A stretch of 64,000 nt of DNA from Deltaproteobacteria bacterium (GTDB lineage Bacteria; Myxococcota_A; UBA9160; SMWR01): the NCBI GenBank assembly GCA_032128375.1, contig JAQBGU010000096.1:8273-72272 (forward strand), in the 5' to 3' direction. This document shows positions 49,781-58,946 of the stretch, piece by piece. The notes beneath the pieces are model-generated. The model had not been told where the DNA came from. It worked only from the letters and a program-made list of their open reading frames with translations, and searched no databases. Within the stretch, counting starts at the first letter, position 1, and every line of letters starts with the position of its first letter. A program made the translations under genes and the position numbers.

Positions 49781-51217
49781 ATGATGATTTCGATTGACGG
49801 CTTCGGTCAACGGTGCGCCGAATCTGCAAGAAGCGTTTGGATCGCTGCCTCGGTAGCTCTTTCAGTGGCAGCTTGTACGCAAGCGCCGCAAGACCGGCCT
49901 CCGAACATCGTGTTGATTACTTTGGACACGACCCGCGCAGATCACCTGGGTATCTATGGCTACCCGCGTGCCGACACCCCGAACCTCGACCGCTTCGCGC
50001 AGCACGCCGTCGTGTACGAAACAGCCTACTCGACGTCGTCGTGGACCCTGCCCTCTCACGCGTCGATGTTCACCGGGCTGCTCCCGATGCAGCACGGCGC
50101 GCAGACCGCTCCGGATGGAAATTCGACCGATCTTGGCTACACGGTGCGTTCGCTGTCGGAAAGTTTCGAGACACTGGCGGAAAGTCTTTCAGCCGCCGGT
50201 TACCGAACCGCCGGTGTCGTCGCGGGGCCGGCGATGCGCCGCGAACTCGGCGTCGCGCAGGGCTTCGACCACTACGACGACGATCTCGAGAGCCCCGGCG
50301 CACTGTTCAATGGACGTCGCGCAGAGCTCGTCGCGAATCGCGCGATCGGAATCGCCAAGCTTTTCGGCGAGGGGCCCTTTTTTCTGTTCGTGAACTTCTT
50401 CGACGCGCACTCCCCCTACCGGCCCCCGCCCCCGCACGACCGCGGGTTGCGCAAATTCGACGAAGGCCCGTTCGTCATGGCGGCGGTCGGACGTCTGCGA
50501 GCCATCTCGGCGGGTGTGGAGCCGAGCAGCCCAGAGCCGTGGGAACGCGACACGGCCGACGCGATGATCGAAGGCTACGATGCCGAACTCAGCTATCTCG
50601 ATTTCCATCTAGGACGTCTACTGACCCAGCTCGAATCAAACGCGCCGGTTCTGGTGGCCATCACCTCGGACCACGGCGAGAGCTTCGGGGAGCACAGTTA
50701 CACCTCCCACGGTGCCCACCTGTACGAAGACAACGTTCGTGTTCCGCTGATCGTTCGCTACCCGGATGGCGCGGGTGCCGGAACTCGAATCGCGACGCCA
50801 GTGCAGAACCATCGCTTGTTCGCGACGTTTCTGCGCGCCGCGGGGCTTCCGCTCCCAGCCGGAGTCGCCCTGCGCGCGACCGATGAGCCGGGTGGGATGA
50901 TCGTCACGGAGGTTCGGCGCAGCGACAAAAACGTCAGCCTGTTCGGTGAAATATTCGATCGCGATTTGCGCTCGGTTTACGAAGCGCCCTACAAGCTGAT
51001 CTCATCCAGCGATGGCACGATCCAGCTTTTCAACCTCGCAACAGACGAGGCCGAGTCGAAAGACCTCGCCAACCTGGAACCCGAAGCAGTCGAACGCCTC
51101 AACGCGCGACTGAGCGAAATCGAGCGTGCACACCCGGCGCTGTTCGATGAGACAGTGCGCGCCGATCTCTCACCCCGGACCAGCGAGGCACTGCGCGCGC
51201 TCGGCTATATCGACTAG
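49781..51217 (+). CDS. Sulfatase-like AlkP-superfamily lipoprotein
   Basis: SVAA-C lipobox-like signal, PNIVLITLDTTRADH, SWTLPSHASMFTG, SDHGE and C-terminal LRALGY. Start uncertain. Confidence 0.88.
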   Translation: MMISIDGFGQRCAESARSVWIAASVALSVAACTQAPQDRPPNIVLITLDTTRADHLGIYGYPRADTPNLDRFAQHAVVYETAYSTSSWTLPSHASMFTGLLPMQHGAQTAPDGNSTDLGYTVRSLSESFETLAESLSAAGYRTAGVVAGPAMRRELGVAQGFDHYDDDLESPGALFNGRRAELVANRAIGIAKLFGEGPFFLFVNFFDAHSPYRPPPPHDRGLRKFDEGPFVMAAVGRLRAISAGVEPSSPEPWERDTADAMIEGYDAELSYLDFHLGRLLTQLESNAPVLVAITSDHGESFGEHSYTSHGAHLYEDNVRVPLIVRYPDGAGAGTRIATPVQNHRLFATFLRAAGLPLPAGVALRATDEPGGMIVTEVRRSDKNVSLFGEIFDRDLRSVYEAPYKLISSSDGTIQLFNLATDEAESKDLANLEPEAVERLNARLSEIERAHPALFDETVRADLSPRTSEALRALGYID

Positions 51218-52572
51218 CGTCTCGCGGCAGACTCGACTCGACGGTTGATCGATTCCTTCGCAAACATTCGAAAGATCGCCGATCCGCCGATCGACGCAAG
51301 AACGGCGAGGATCGGGTACAGCGGCGCGTGGTAGCGCGGATTTCCGACGAACAGAACCGTGTGCATCAGAACGAAGTAACTCGCTGCCACGATCAGCAGC
51401 CGCACCCCAACGTCACGTCTGCACACCCAGCCGCCGACCATCGCCAACCCACACACCCAAAAAAAGAATCCAGTCGCGATCATCCCCAACAAACGGTCAG
51501 TCGACCCGCCCGCCTGTGAGGCGGCACCTGCAATCGGCTCGTGCCGTGTCATCGCCCATTCCAGGCCCGCGTGGTCGTGATGAAACAGGAAGTACAGCCG
51601 ACGCGGAATCAGACTCAACTCGCGCAACGGGTGTGAGAGCGCGTAGCCGATGGCAACCCGGGCGCCGAGCTGCATTTCCCGTATCTCCCGCTCGGGATTC
51701 GGAAGCGATTGCAGAGATTTCAGCAGATCTCGTCGGTAGCCGACCATTGCAAGCGACTCGCTTCCGTCGGCGACGGGCGAATGCGCATAGGTCAGCGCCA
51801 TTCCAACCGACGTGCTCACGAGCACCGGCGATCCCATCGTCAGCGCGTTTCGGGCCGTCCAGGGCAACACGACAACCGCGACCCCGATCGCGAGCGCAGC
51901 AGATCGCACGAACACGATTTTCGCCGATCGCGTTTCGATCCACCACAGCGCGATGGGCACCGCGAAGAAGAACGACGCCGCACCGCGCGTGAGCATCGCG
52001 ACCCCTAGTAGCGCGCCGAAGCCCCACCAGTGAGGAAACGGCCTGGATCTCGCGGAATCCTGCAGCCGCGCGAATAACAACAGAAGACCGCACAGCAGCG
52101 CAATGAATGCGTTTTCACTCAACGTGAGAGGAGCAAAGAACACGTAGCCGGGAAACACCGCGACGATCGCAGCCGCGACGAGTGCACACACCTGGGTGTG
52201 CCCCGATCCGCGGCAAACGCGCAGCGCAAGCGCATAGGTGAGCCAGCACGTGAGGCACGCGAGCGCGACATTCAGCCCCTGCGCGGTTCGAATCGATGCG
52301 CCAAACAGCGCGTAGGCGGCGGCCAACAGGGCCGGGTAGCCCGGCGGCCAGAATGCGGTGGCAGCACCCTGCGAATCGGTCAGCACGTGTCCATCTAGCA
52401 GGGTCAGCGCAGCAAGGTCGTACCAGGTCATGTCGAAGTGAAAGCTCTTGCGCGGATCGACTTCGACCGCGGATACCCATCCCAATCGAATCACGGCCGC
52501 GACGAACAGGCAGACGATCACGCCACGACTGAACGCGACATGCGTTGCGCGCTCGTGCGCGTGCCCGGCCAT
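51214..52572 (-). CDS. GT-C fold (ArnT/PMT-like) membrane glycosyltransferase
   Basis: FDMTWY, PPGYP, LSE, LTR, PWTARN and PRY motifs; polytopic. Confidence 0.78.
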   Translation of the reverse strand: MAGHAHERATHVAFSRGVIVCLFVAAVIRLGWVSAVEVDPRKSFHFDMTWYDLAALTLLDGHVLTDSQGAATAFWPPGYPALLAAAYALFGASIRTAQGLNVALACLTCWLTYALALRVCRGSGHTQVCALVAAAIVAVFPGYVFFAPLTLSENAFIALLCGLLLLFARLQDSARSRPFPHWWGFGALLGVAMLTRGAASFFFAVPIALWWIETRSAKIVFVRSAALAIGVAVVVLPWTARNALTMGSPVLVSTSVGMALTYAHSPVADGSESLAMVGYRRDLLKSLQSLPNPEREIREMQLGARVAIGYALSHPLRELSLIPRRLYFLFHHDHAGLEWAMTRHEPIAGAASQAGGSTDRLLGMIATGFFFWVCGLAMVGGWVCRRDVGVRLLIVAASYFVLMHTVLFVGNPRYHAPLYPILAVLASIGGSAIFRMFAKESINRRVESAARR

Positions 52573-54204
52573 TCAGCGCTCCGGAATCTCGTAGACGCGG
52601 ATCGAATACCCCAGCTGGGCGACGGGTTCGAACTCGCGAAGCCAGTCATAACAGCCGGGCTTGGGCCTCTCGAATGGGTTGCGGGCCGAGTACAAGCCCT
52701 CCATCACATTGACGCTGATCGCGACCAGGCCAGCCACGCGCTCACATCCAACCGAGCGATACGGCACGAACCCGTAGGTTTCGGGGGTCTCGGGCCCAAA
52801 GTATGCGAGCGCGACCGGAGGGCTCCCACGCTCCGCCAGGTATCGCGCCAGGGTCGATAGGTCTTGTCCCCAGTCGATATTCGCGTCGAGCAGGTAACCT
52901 GAACCTCGCGCCGGTCCGCCGCCGAGCTCATTGAAATACGCCAGGTAGTGTGGATGAATCTGCGCGCTCGCAACGCCGAGCCAGGCACATGCGCAACCGA
53001 GCAGCACCCGCATCGGCCGGCCGTCGATCGGCAGCAACTGGGTCGCAACGAACACGAATCCGAGGGGGAACAACGGAAGGACGTAGCGAAGTCCAAGCGG
53101 AATATGCAGCCAGAACAGTGCCATTCCCAGGTAGAGCGCAGACGGAAAGCCAACCACCCAACCCAGATTGCCTCGTCGGGTTGCCAGTGAGCCCAACGCG
53201 GTAAGCAATAGACCCACGATCGCGACAGGCTCTTTCAACACCCAGGCCAGCGGGAAGTAGTACCACCAACCTCGATCCGAAAATTCGCCGAGCAGAAAAG
53301 CTACCCGCCCGCCAGCGTTGATGACGCCGTCAACGAGGAGCGCTTGGATGTACCCCGGAAGCTGCACGTCGGGAAGCGGTCCCTTTTCGACAGCGATCAT
53401 CCCGAACGACCCGCCGTATCCCAGCCAGAAGACGCCGAGCGACACCACGAGAAGCACCGCGCCCCGGCCGAGCAACCAGGCTACTCGGCGGCCGAAGGCT
53501 TCGGGCCCTATCCAAGGAAGCTTGTCGGTCGCCCGCCAGGGTCGAAGCGCCAGAACTCCGAACAACAACAACATGCTGGCCATCAGCAGTACGCCCGTGG
53601 ATTTCGCGATCAGCCCGAAGCCCAGCGACACACCGCACAGTACCAACCGCAGCGGCGATGGACGGACCATCCAGCGCCAGAACGCGTAGAGCGTTTGCAG
53701 GAAGAACACCGTCGCGGTGATGTCCGAATGCGCGAGTGCACCGTTGCCCAGCATCATCGGCGAAAACGAGTACAAAAACGCCGCGAGTAGCCCAGCCCCA
53801 TCGCCCGAGGCCTCTCGCGCCCACAGAAAACACAGCAGCGCAGCCCACACGCTCAACGCGATGAAGGGAATGCGGCTGACTACTCGAATCGTCTCGGACG
53901 AAGGAATACCCCGGGTCCGTAGCCGCCGGCTGACCGCCCGATCGCGGACCAGGCCGTCCAGGTCGAAAAAGAGCAGAGGGACGCTCGCCAGGTGATAGGC
54001 GAGCGGCGGGTGCAGGTTCAACGTGGATGCAAAGTGGTAGTCGCCTGTCTCCCACAGGTACAACCCGGTGCCGATGTAGTGCGGCTCGTCTGCTGTCAGC
54101 GACTTCTCGAACGCGGTGTGCGTGAGCCGAGCTGCGAAGACCGCCAACAGCACAAAGAGCAGGGCCCATAAGACCGGCCCGGGCCATCGCAGAAGTCGAG
54201 ACAC
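52573..54204 (-). CDS. GT-C fold (ArnT/PMT-like) membrane glycosyltransferase
   Basis: TADEPHY, HPPL, HSD, AKS, RYVLP, YFNEL and DANIDWGQDL motifs. Confidence 0.82.
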   Translation of the reverse strand: MSRLLRWPGPVLWALLFVLLAVFAARLTHTAFEKSLTADEPHYIGTGLYLWETGDYHFASTLNLHPPLAYHLASVPLLFFDLDGLVRDRAVSRRLRTRGIPSSETIRVVSRIPFIALSVWAALLCFLWAREASGDGAGLLAAFLYSFSPMMLGNGALAHSDITATVFFLQTLYAFWRWMVRPSPLRLVLCGVSLGFGLIAKSTGVLLMASMLLLFGVLALRPWRATDKLPWIGPEAFGRRVAWLLGRGAVLLVVSLGVFWLGYGGSFGMIAVEKGPLPDVQLPGYIQALLVDGVINAGGRVAFLLGEFSDRGWWYYFPLAWVLKEPVAIVGLLLTALGSLATRRGNLGWVVGFPSALYLGMALFWLHIPLGLRYVLPLFPLGFVFVATQLLPIDGRPMRVLLGCACAWLGVASAQIHPHYLAYFNELGGGPARGSGYLLDANIDWGQDLSTLARYLAERGSPPVALAYFGPETPETYGFVPYRSVGCERVAGLVAISVNVMEGLYSARNPFERPKPGCYDWLREFEPVAQLGYSIRVYEIPER

Positions 54205-54327
54205 CGATCAAGCTACCTGATCTGGGCCAACTCTGCTTCGTCGCATGACCTGCGATGACGGCGCGCCATTTGGCTTCCCGATACCTCTCGATTCCCCTCG
54301 CTGGCTTTCGCTACGTTCGCGCGCGCA

Positions 54328-55080
54328 ATGCGCGCGATCGTCATCCTACCCAGCTACAACGAGGCCGAGAACGTACTGCGACTGAGCGCCGACGTCCTTT
54401 CCCGGGATGGCGCGCTGGAGGTGGTAGTCGTCGACGACAATAGCCCCGATGGCACCGCCGATCTGGTCAGCGAGGCGATGCATGGTGAACCCCGGCTCCA
54501 CCTGGTGAAGCGCGCCGGGAAGTTGGGTCTCGGTTCGGCCTACCAGGCAGGCTTCGAGTATGCGCTCGCCAATCGATACGATCTGGTCTTCACGATGGAT
54601 TGCGATTACAGCCATCATCCCAAGCACCTGCCACAGTTTCTCGAGTCGATCGCTCAGGGTAGCGATATGGTCGTGGGCTCACGCTATGTCCCGGGTGGGG
54701 GCGTCCGCAATTGGCCGACTCGCCGCATATTGCTGTCGCGTTTCGCGAATTTCTATACCCGGCTGCTGCTCCGCGTCCCGGTACACGACTGCACCGCCGG
54801 CTACCGCTGCTACACCCAGGAGGTGTTGGTGACCGTCGACCCGTCCTCAATCCGCTCGTCAGGCTATGCGTTTCTCGAAGACATGGTGATGCGTGTGCAC
54901 CGCGCCGGGTTCAAGATCCACGAAGTTCCGATCATTTTCGAAGACCGTACGCGCGGCGCATCGAAGATCAACCACTCCGAGATCTACCTTGCAGCCTGGC
55001 ACGTACTGAAGACCGCGTTCTACGCCCCCGCGGTCAACAAGCGCGTCATGGGAAAGCTGGGCAGTCACCCGCCCCAGTGA
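54328..55080 (+). CDS. Polyprenol-phosphate mannose synthase-like GT2 (DPM1-like)
   Basis: PSYNE, VDDNSPDGT, GLGSAY, MDCDYSH, GSRY and DCTAGYR motifs. Paralog of 33036-33752. Confidence 0.92.
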   Translation: MRAIVILPSYNEAENVLRLSADVLSRDGALEVVVVDDNSPDGTADLVSEAMHGEPRLHLVKRAGKLGLGSAYQAGFEYALANRYDLVFTMDCDYSHHPKHLPQFLESIAQGSDMVVGSRYVPGGGVRNWPTRRILLSRFANFYTRLLLRVPVHDCTAGYRCYTQEVLVTVDPSSIRSSGYAFLEDMVMRVHRAGFKIHEVPIIFEDRTRGASKINHSEIYLAAWHVLKTAFYAPAVNKRVMGKLGSHPPQ

Positions 55081-55639
55081 CGCGACTGCTGCTGGTACGG
55101 CACTGCCAATCCTCTGGTCAATTTCCCGAGTCACCACTGACCGAGGACGGATTCACGCAAGCGCAATCGCTTGCGCCGTTCTTGAGCCGATACGACATCG
55201 ATCTCATCGTGTCGAGCCCAGCATTGCAGACGATCGCGCCGTTCGCACAACAACAATCGCTCGAAGTCCACCAGGACGCGCGGTTTCGGGAGCGCGAGCC
55301 CGCGAGCATCGCGCTCCCCGATTGGCTAGCTCCTCGAGTGCTCCTTTCGAGACCTCGACTACGGTCATCCATCCATCTGGCCGCGACGCCCAACAGCGCG
55401 GTTGGCGAGCGATCGACGAAATTGTCGAGGCCGGCCACCGATGCCCTGCCGTTGTCGCGCACGGCAACCTGATCTCTTTGATTCTCCGGCGCATCGAGCC
55501 GGAGATCGGCTTCGAATTCTGGCGCCGACTCAGCAACCCGGACGTGTACGTGCTCGCTCGCGACGACGAATCGGCCTGGACAAGCGAACGCGTCTGGAAC
55601 CCGGGAGGGTCCGCGACCGAAGCGGATCACCAGAGCTGA
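55077..55639 (+). pseudogene. Frameshifted histidine-phosphatase (phosphoglycerate-mutase-like) gene
   Basis: LLLVRHC, SSP-ALQT and RERE in one frame, SFRDLDY in a second frame (55342-55362), and SGRDAQQR...VVAHGN...LSNPD in the third. Confidence 0.8.
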
Positions 55640-55664
55640 CGCGGGGCACCGCGATCTGCCTACG

Positions 55665-58136
55665 CTACCCGACCCCAATCCATTCCAGGCGTTCACCCCA
55701 CCGCGCGACGACCGCCCGCGCCAGTTCCGACGAACGCGCAAGTCCCGGATCATTTCGCAGCTTGTCGAGCGCGGCTTCGCGGGCGGTGGCGATATGTCGA
55801 ATGTCTCGGACCAGGTCGGCGATCTTCAGATCTGGCAACCGGCCATGCTGTTGGGTCCCCAGAAATTCGCCGGGCCCTCGGATGCGTAGATCGGCCTCGG
55901 CGATCGCGAAGCCGTCGCTCGTTTCAAGTAGCGCTGAAAGACGCGCCTCGCTGTCTTCGGTCGAAGATCGCGCGACCAGCACGCAGGTACTCGGCGCCTC
56001 TCCGCGACCGACGCGACCGCGAAGCTGATGAAGTTGCGCGAGACCGAAACGTTCGGCGTGTTCGACGATCATCAGCGTCGCATTCGGGACATCGACACCG
56101 ACTTCGATCACGGTGGTCGACACCAACACCTGAGTCTCTCCTCGAGCGAAGCGGGCCATCGTCTCGCGCCGTGTCCCGGCATCCATCTGGCCGTGGACCA
56201 GGTCGACCCTGAGATCCGGAAATGATGCCCTGATTCTTTCAGCGGATTCACTGGCTGCGCGCAGATCAATCTTCTCCGATTCGGCAACCAGTGGGTACAC
56301 CACGTAGATCTGCTCACCGCGATCCGCCGTCGCACGCAGGCGGCCTGCCGCCTGCTGCCCCTCGCCCGTTCGCAGCAGCAGCGTTTCGGCTGGCGTGCGG
56401 CCCGGTGGCAGCTCGTCGATCACAGACAGATCGAGATCTCCGTACAGTGTCAAAGCCAGCGTGCGGGGAATCGGCGTGGCGGTCATTACCAAGCTGTGAG
56501 GAACGCGATCGCCGAGCGCTTTAGCCGACAGCGCGGCGCGTTGGCGCACCCCGAAACGATGCTGCTCGTCGATGATGACAAACGCCAGCGCTCTAAACTC
56601 GACACTCTGTTGGAACAGCGCGTGGGTTCCCACGACCAGGTCGATCTCGCCGGCCGCCAGTGCCCGGCGGGTTTGTGCTGTCTGCTCCCGCGATAACGAG
56701 GCAGTCAGCCGCGCGACCCGAAACGTTCCACCGCCTTTCTGCGCCAACCCATTGAGCGTCGCCTCGTGCTGCTCGGCGAGCAGTTCGGTCGGCGCCATCA
56801 TGGCCGTTTGATAGCCGGCTTCCGCAACAGCCACCGAAGCGAGAAACGCCACCGCGGTCTTACCGCAGCCTACGTCGCCTTCCAAAAGGCGATGCATCGG
56901 ATGGGGTCGCGCGAGATCCGCCAATATCTCCCGACGCGCCCGATCCTGCGCAGATGTCAAAGCGAACGGAAGTCGCGCCATCGCGCGAGCCGACTCGCGA
57001 CCCGGGGCAATCGGTGTCCCGGGTTGCGCCGCGAATCCCGCGCGGCGCAACCCGAGACCCAACTCCAGCAGGTAGAGTTCTTCGAGCGCCAAGCGTGTGC
57101 GGGCTGGCGACCGACTTTCGACCAGCGCATCGATATCGGCTTCGGGGCCGGGGAGATGGAGTTCACGAAGCGATTGCGCGGGCGCTGGCAGCCCCAACTC
57201 CTCACACAGCGGGTCTGGCAGGTACCCCGGCACGAAATCCGCATAGCGCTCCACCGCCAGAGCGATCGCGCGCCGCAATCCGCGCGGGTGGACACCGTCA
57301 GGTGTCGAGTAATCGGGCACGATCCGACGTGCATCTTGCAACCGGTCCGGGTCGCTCCCCCCTCCCCCGTCAACCGACTCCACGACGGCGCGATCGGATT
57401 CCGAAAGCACCGAAATTTCTGGGTGTGTGAGTTCCTTGTCGAAGCGGTAGCGCTTGACATCACCACTCACGAAGAGCAGTGAATCCTTGCGGACCTGCTT
57501 GGCGAGCGACTCCCCGCCGCGAAACCACTTCAATGACACCGAACCCGTATCGTCTCCGACGCGCGCCTCGAACACGCGCCCCCCGAAGCGACCGCGGCTG
57601 GCAGAAAACGAAGCGCCCAAAACCCGCGCGACAAAGCTGGCGCGACGCCCAACCTCGAGTTCCCCCACCCTCGCCAGACTGCGTCGGTCCTCGTACCGCG
57701 CCGGCAGGTAGAAGAGCAGGTCCCCCACCGTGCGGAGTCCGCGACGCGCCAGTGACTCGGCGCGCTTCTTGCCGAAACCCGGCAGTACGCTGGGCGACTT
57801 GGCAAGCTGCGCTTCGGACCACTCCGCCGTCGCCATCGGGGCGATAAGCTGCTGTGCAGCGGCGATGCATGCGACTTGCGAATCGAGAGCATCCGCCGTG
57901 GCAGCCGATTCGCGCGCGGCTTCTGTGTCCAAGAAATCGCGCGCCAAGCCCAACAGCCGCTCTTTCAGATCAGGTGGGATCGACATCTCGCTGATCCTCT
58001 GCAGCCCGGAAGCGACGGTTCGCGGCAGATCGCGAACCCGCGAGAGCCTTGCGTAGTCGTCCTGGGCGGCGAACTCGAGTGGGCGGAGCACCTCCCGAAT
58101 TGCGGATTGAAACGGGCTCTCGCCCACGTGAATCAC
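55665..58136 (-). CDS. recG: ATP-dependent DNA helicase RecG
   Basis: Wedge/OB domain, GDVGCGKT, PTELLA, DEQHRFG, TATPIPR, QLHQLRGRVGRG and the TRG motif DLRIRGPGE. Confidence 0.97.
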   Translation of the reverse strand: MIHVGESPFQSAIREVLRPLEFAAQDDYARLSRVRDLPRTVASGLQRISEMSIPPDLKERLLGLARDFLDTEAARESAATADALDSQVACIAAAQQLIAPMATAEWSEAQLAKSPSVLPGFGKKRAESLARRGLRTVGDLLFYLPARYEDRRSLARVGELEVGRRASFVARVLGASFSASRGRFGGRVFEARVGDDTGSVSLKWFRGGESLAKQVRKDSLLFVSGDVKRYRFDKELTHPEISVLSESDRAVVESVDGGGGSDPDRLQDARRIVPDYSTPDGVHPRGLRRAIALAVERYADFVPGYLPDPLCEELGLPAPAQSLRELHLPGPEADIDALVESRSPARTRLALEELYLLELGLGLRRAGFAAQPGTPIAPGRESARAMARLPFALTSAQDRARREILADLARPHPMHRLLEGDVGCGKTAVAFLASVAVAEAGYQTAMMAPTELLAEQHEATLNGLAQKGGGTFRVARLTASLSREQTAQTRRALAAGEIDLVVGTHALFQQSVEFRALAFVIIDEQHRFGVRQRAALSAKALGDRVPHSLVMTATPIPRTLALTLYGDLDLSVIDELPPGRTPAETLLLRTGEGQQAAGRLRATADRGEQIYVVYPLVAESEKIDLRAASESAERIRASFPDLRVDLVHGQMDAGTRRETMARFARGETQVLVSTTVIEVGVDVPNATLMIVEHAERFGLAQLHQLRGRVGRGEAPSTCVLVARSSTEDSEARLSALLETSDGFAIAEADLRIRGPGEFLGTQQHGRLPDLKIADLVRDIRHIATAREAALDKLRNDPGLARSSELARAVVARWGERLEWIGVG

Positions 58137-58377
58137 CTCGTCGCGGAACCTTTCGGTTCGCGTCCCGAACCCTTTATTGCGGGGCTGCCTGCCCGCGTAT
58201 CATCGACTCGTGCAGCTCCCGTCGGGCCTCGTGTGCATCTCAGTTGGCGTTTTGGTTGAGCAATCCAGGCCTTGCTGCCGTTTGCCCCGTTCGCTCAGGA
58301 TACCGCGCCACTGACGCGGTGCAGGAACGGACGTGGTAGCGTCGGAATGGGTCAATTCGCGCAGGCGGTCACCTAAA

Positions 58378-58490
58378 GGGACCGGCTTTCGGGAAACGGG
58401 CCCGTCTGGGAAACAAGGGCCGGTCGGCAAAACAAGGGCCGATCTGGAAAAAGGCGCCGGACTGGAAATGGGCCGGTTTGGGTCTGGGCC
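58378..58490. repeat. Degenerate 16-20 bp tandem repeat (consensus about GGGCCGGTCTGGAAA), about 6 units
   Basis: gggaccggctttcgggaaac / gggcccgtctgggaaacaa / gggccggtcggcaaaacaa / gggccgatctggaaaaa / ggcgccggactggaaat / gggccggtttgggtct. Confidence 0.7.
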
Positions 58491-58535
58491 TCGATTTACG
58501 CAAAGGAGCCCGATCTGTAGGGAGAGGATTTGACC

Positions 58536-58922
58536 ATGAGCAGCCAAGACGGTCGCCCGCCGGTCTGGATCGGGCACACCACGCTCGCCACGCGCGACCT
58601 CTCGGGAACCCGCGACTTCATGATCCAGTTGGGCATGCGCCCGATCGCGGACGGCAGCGAATTCGCGGTCCTGGAGCTGCGCGGCGGCACCCACCTCGTC
58701 GTCCTCCAGTCCGATTCCGCTGACGTCGGACCGGTCCCGTTTGATCTCATGGTCGACGACATCGACGCGACCCACCAAGAGTTCATCGAGAATTTTCGCG
58801 ACCAGGGCATCCGTCCCTCGGAGATCCAACCCGGGACGATCCATCGCTCGTTTACGCTGACTTCTCCGGCCGGCCACGTCGTGACGTTCAACTCCACGCA
58901 CGTATCCGACCAACCTGTCTGA
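58536..58922 (+). CDS. VOC (glyoxalase/bleomycin-resistance) family protein
   Basis: IGHTTL, LRGGTHL, FDLMVDDID and SPAG motifs. GGAGAGG RBS. Confidence 0.8.
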   Translation: MSSQDGRPPVWIGHTTLATRDLSGTRDFMIQLGMRPIADGSEFAVLELRGGTHLVVLQSDSADVGPVPFDLMVDDIDATHQEFIENFRDQGIRPSEIQPGTIHRSFTLTSPAGHVVTFNSTHVSDQPV

Positions 58923-58946
58923 GAACCGCTCGCGCTGGGTATCTTT

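Noticed and set aside
26610..55080. Island as a prophage or mobile genomic island
   Set aside because: No integrase, transposase, tRNA target, flanking direct repeats or visible compositional shift.
58137..58377. tRNA or other ncRNA in the recG upstream gap
   Set aside because: No cloverleaf, T-loop consensus or recognisable ncRNA motif.
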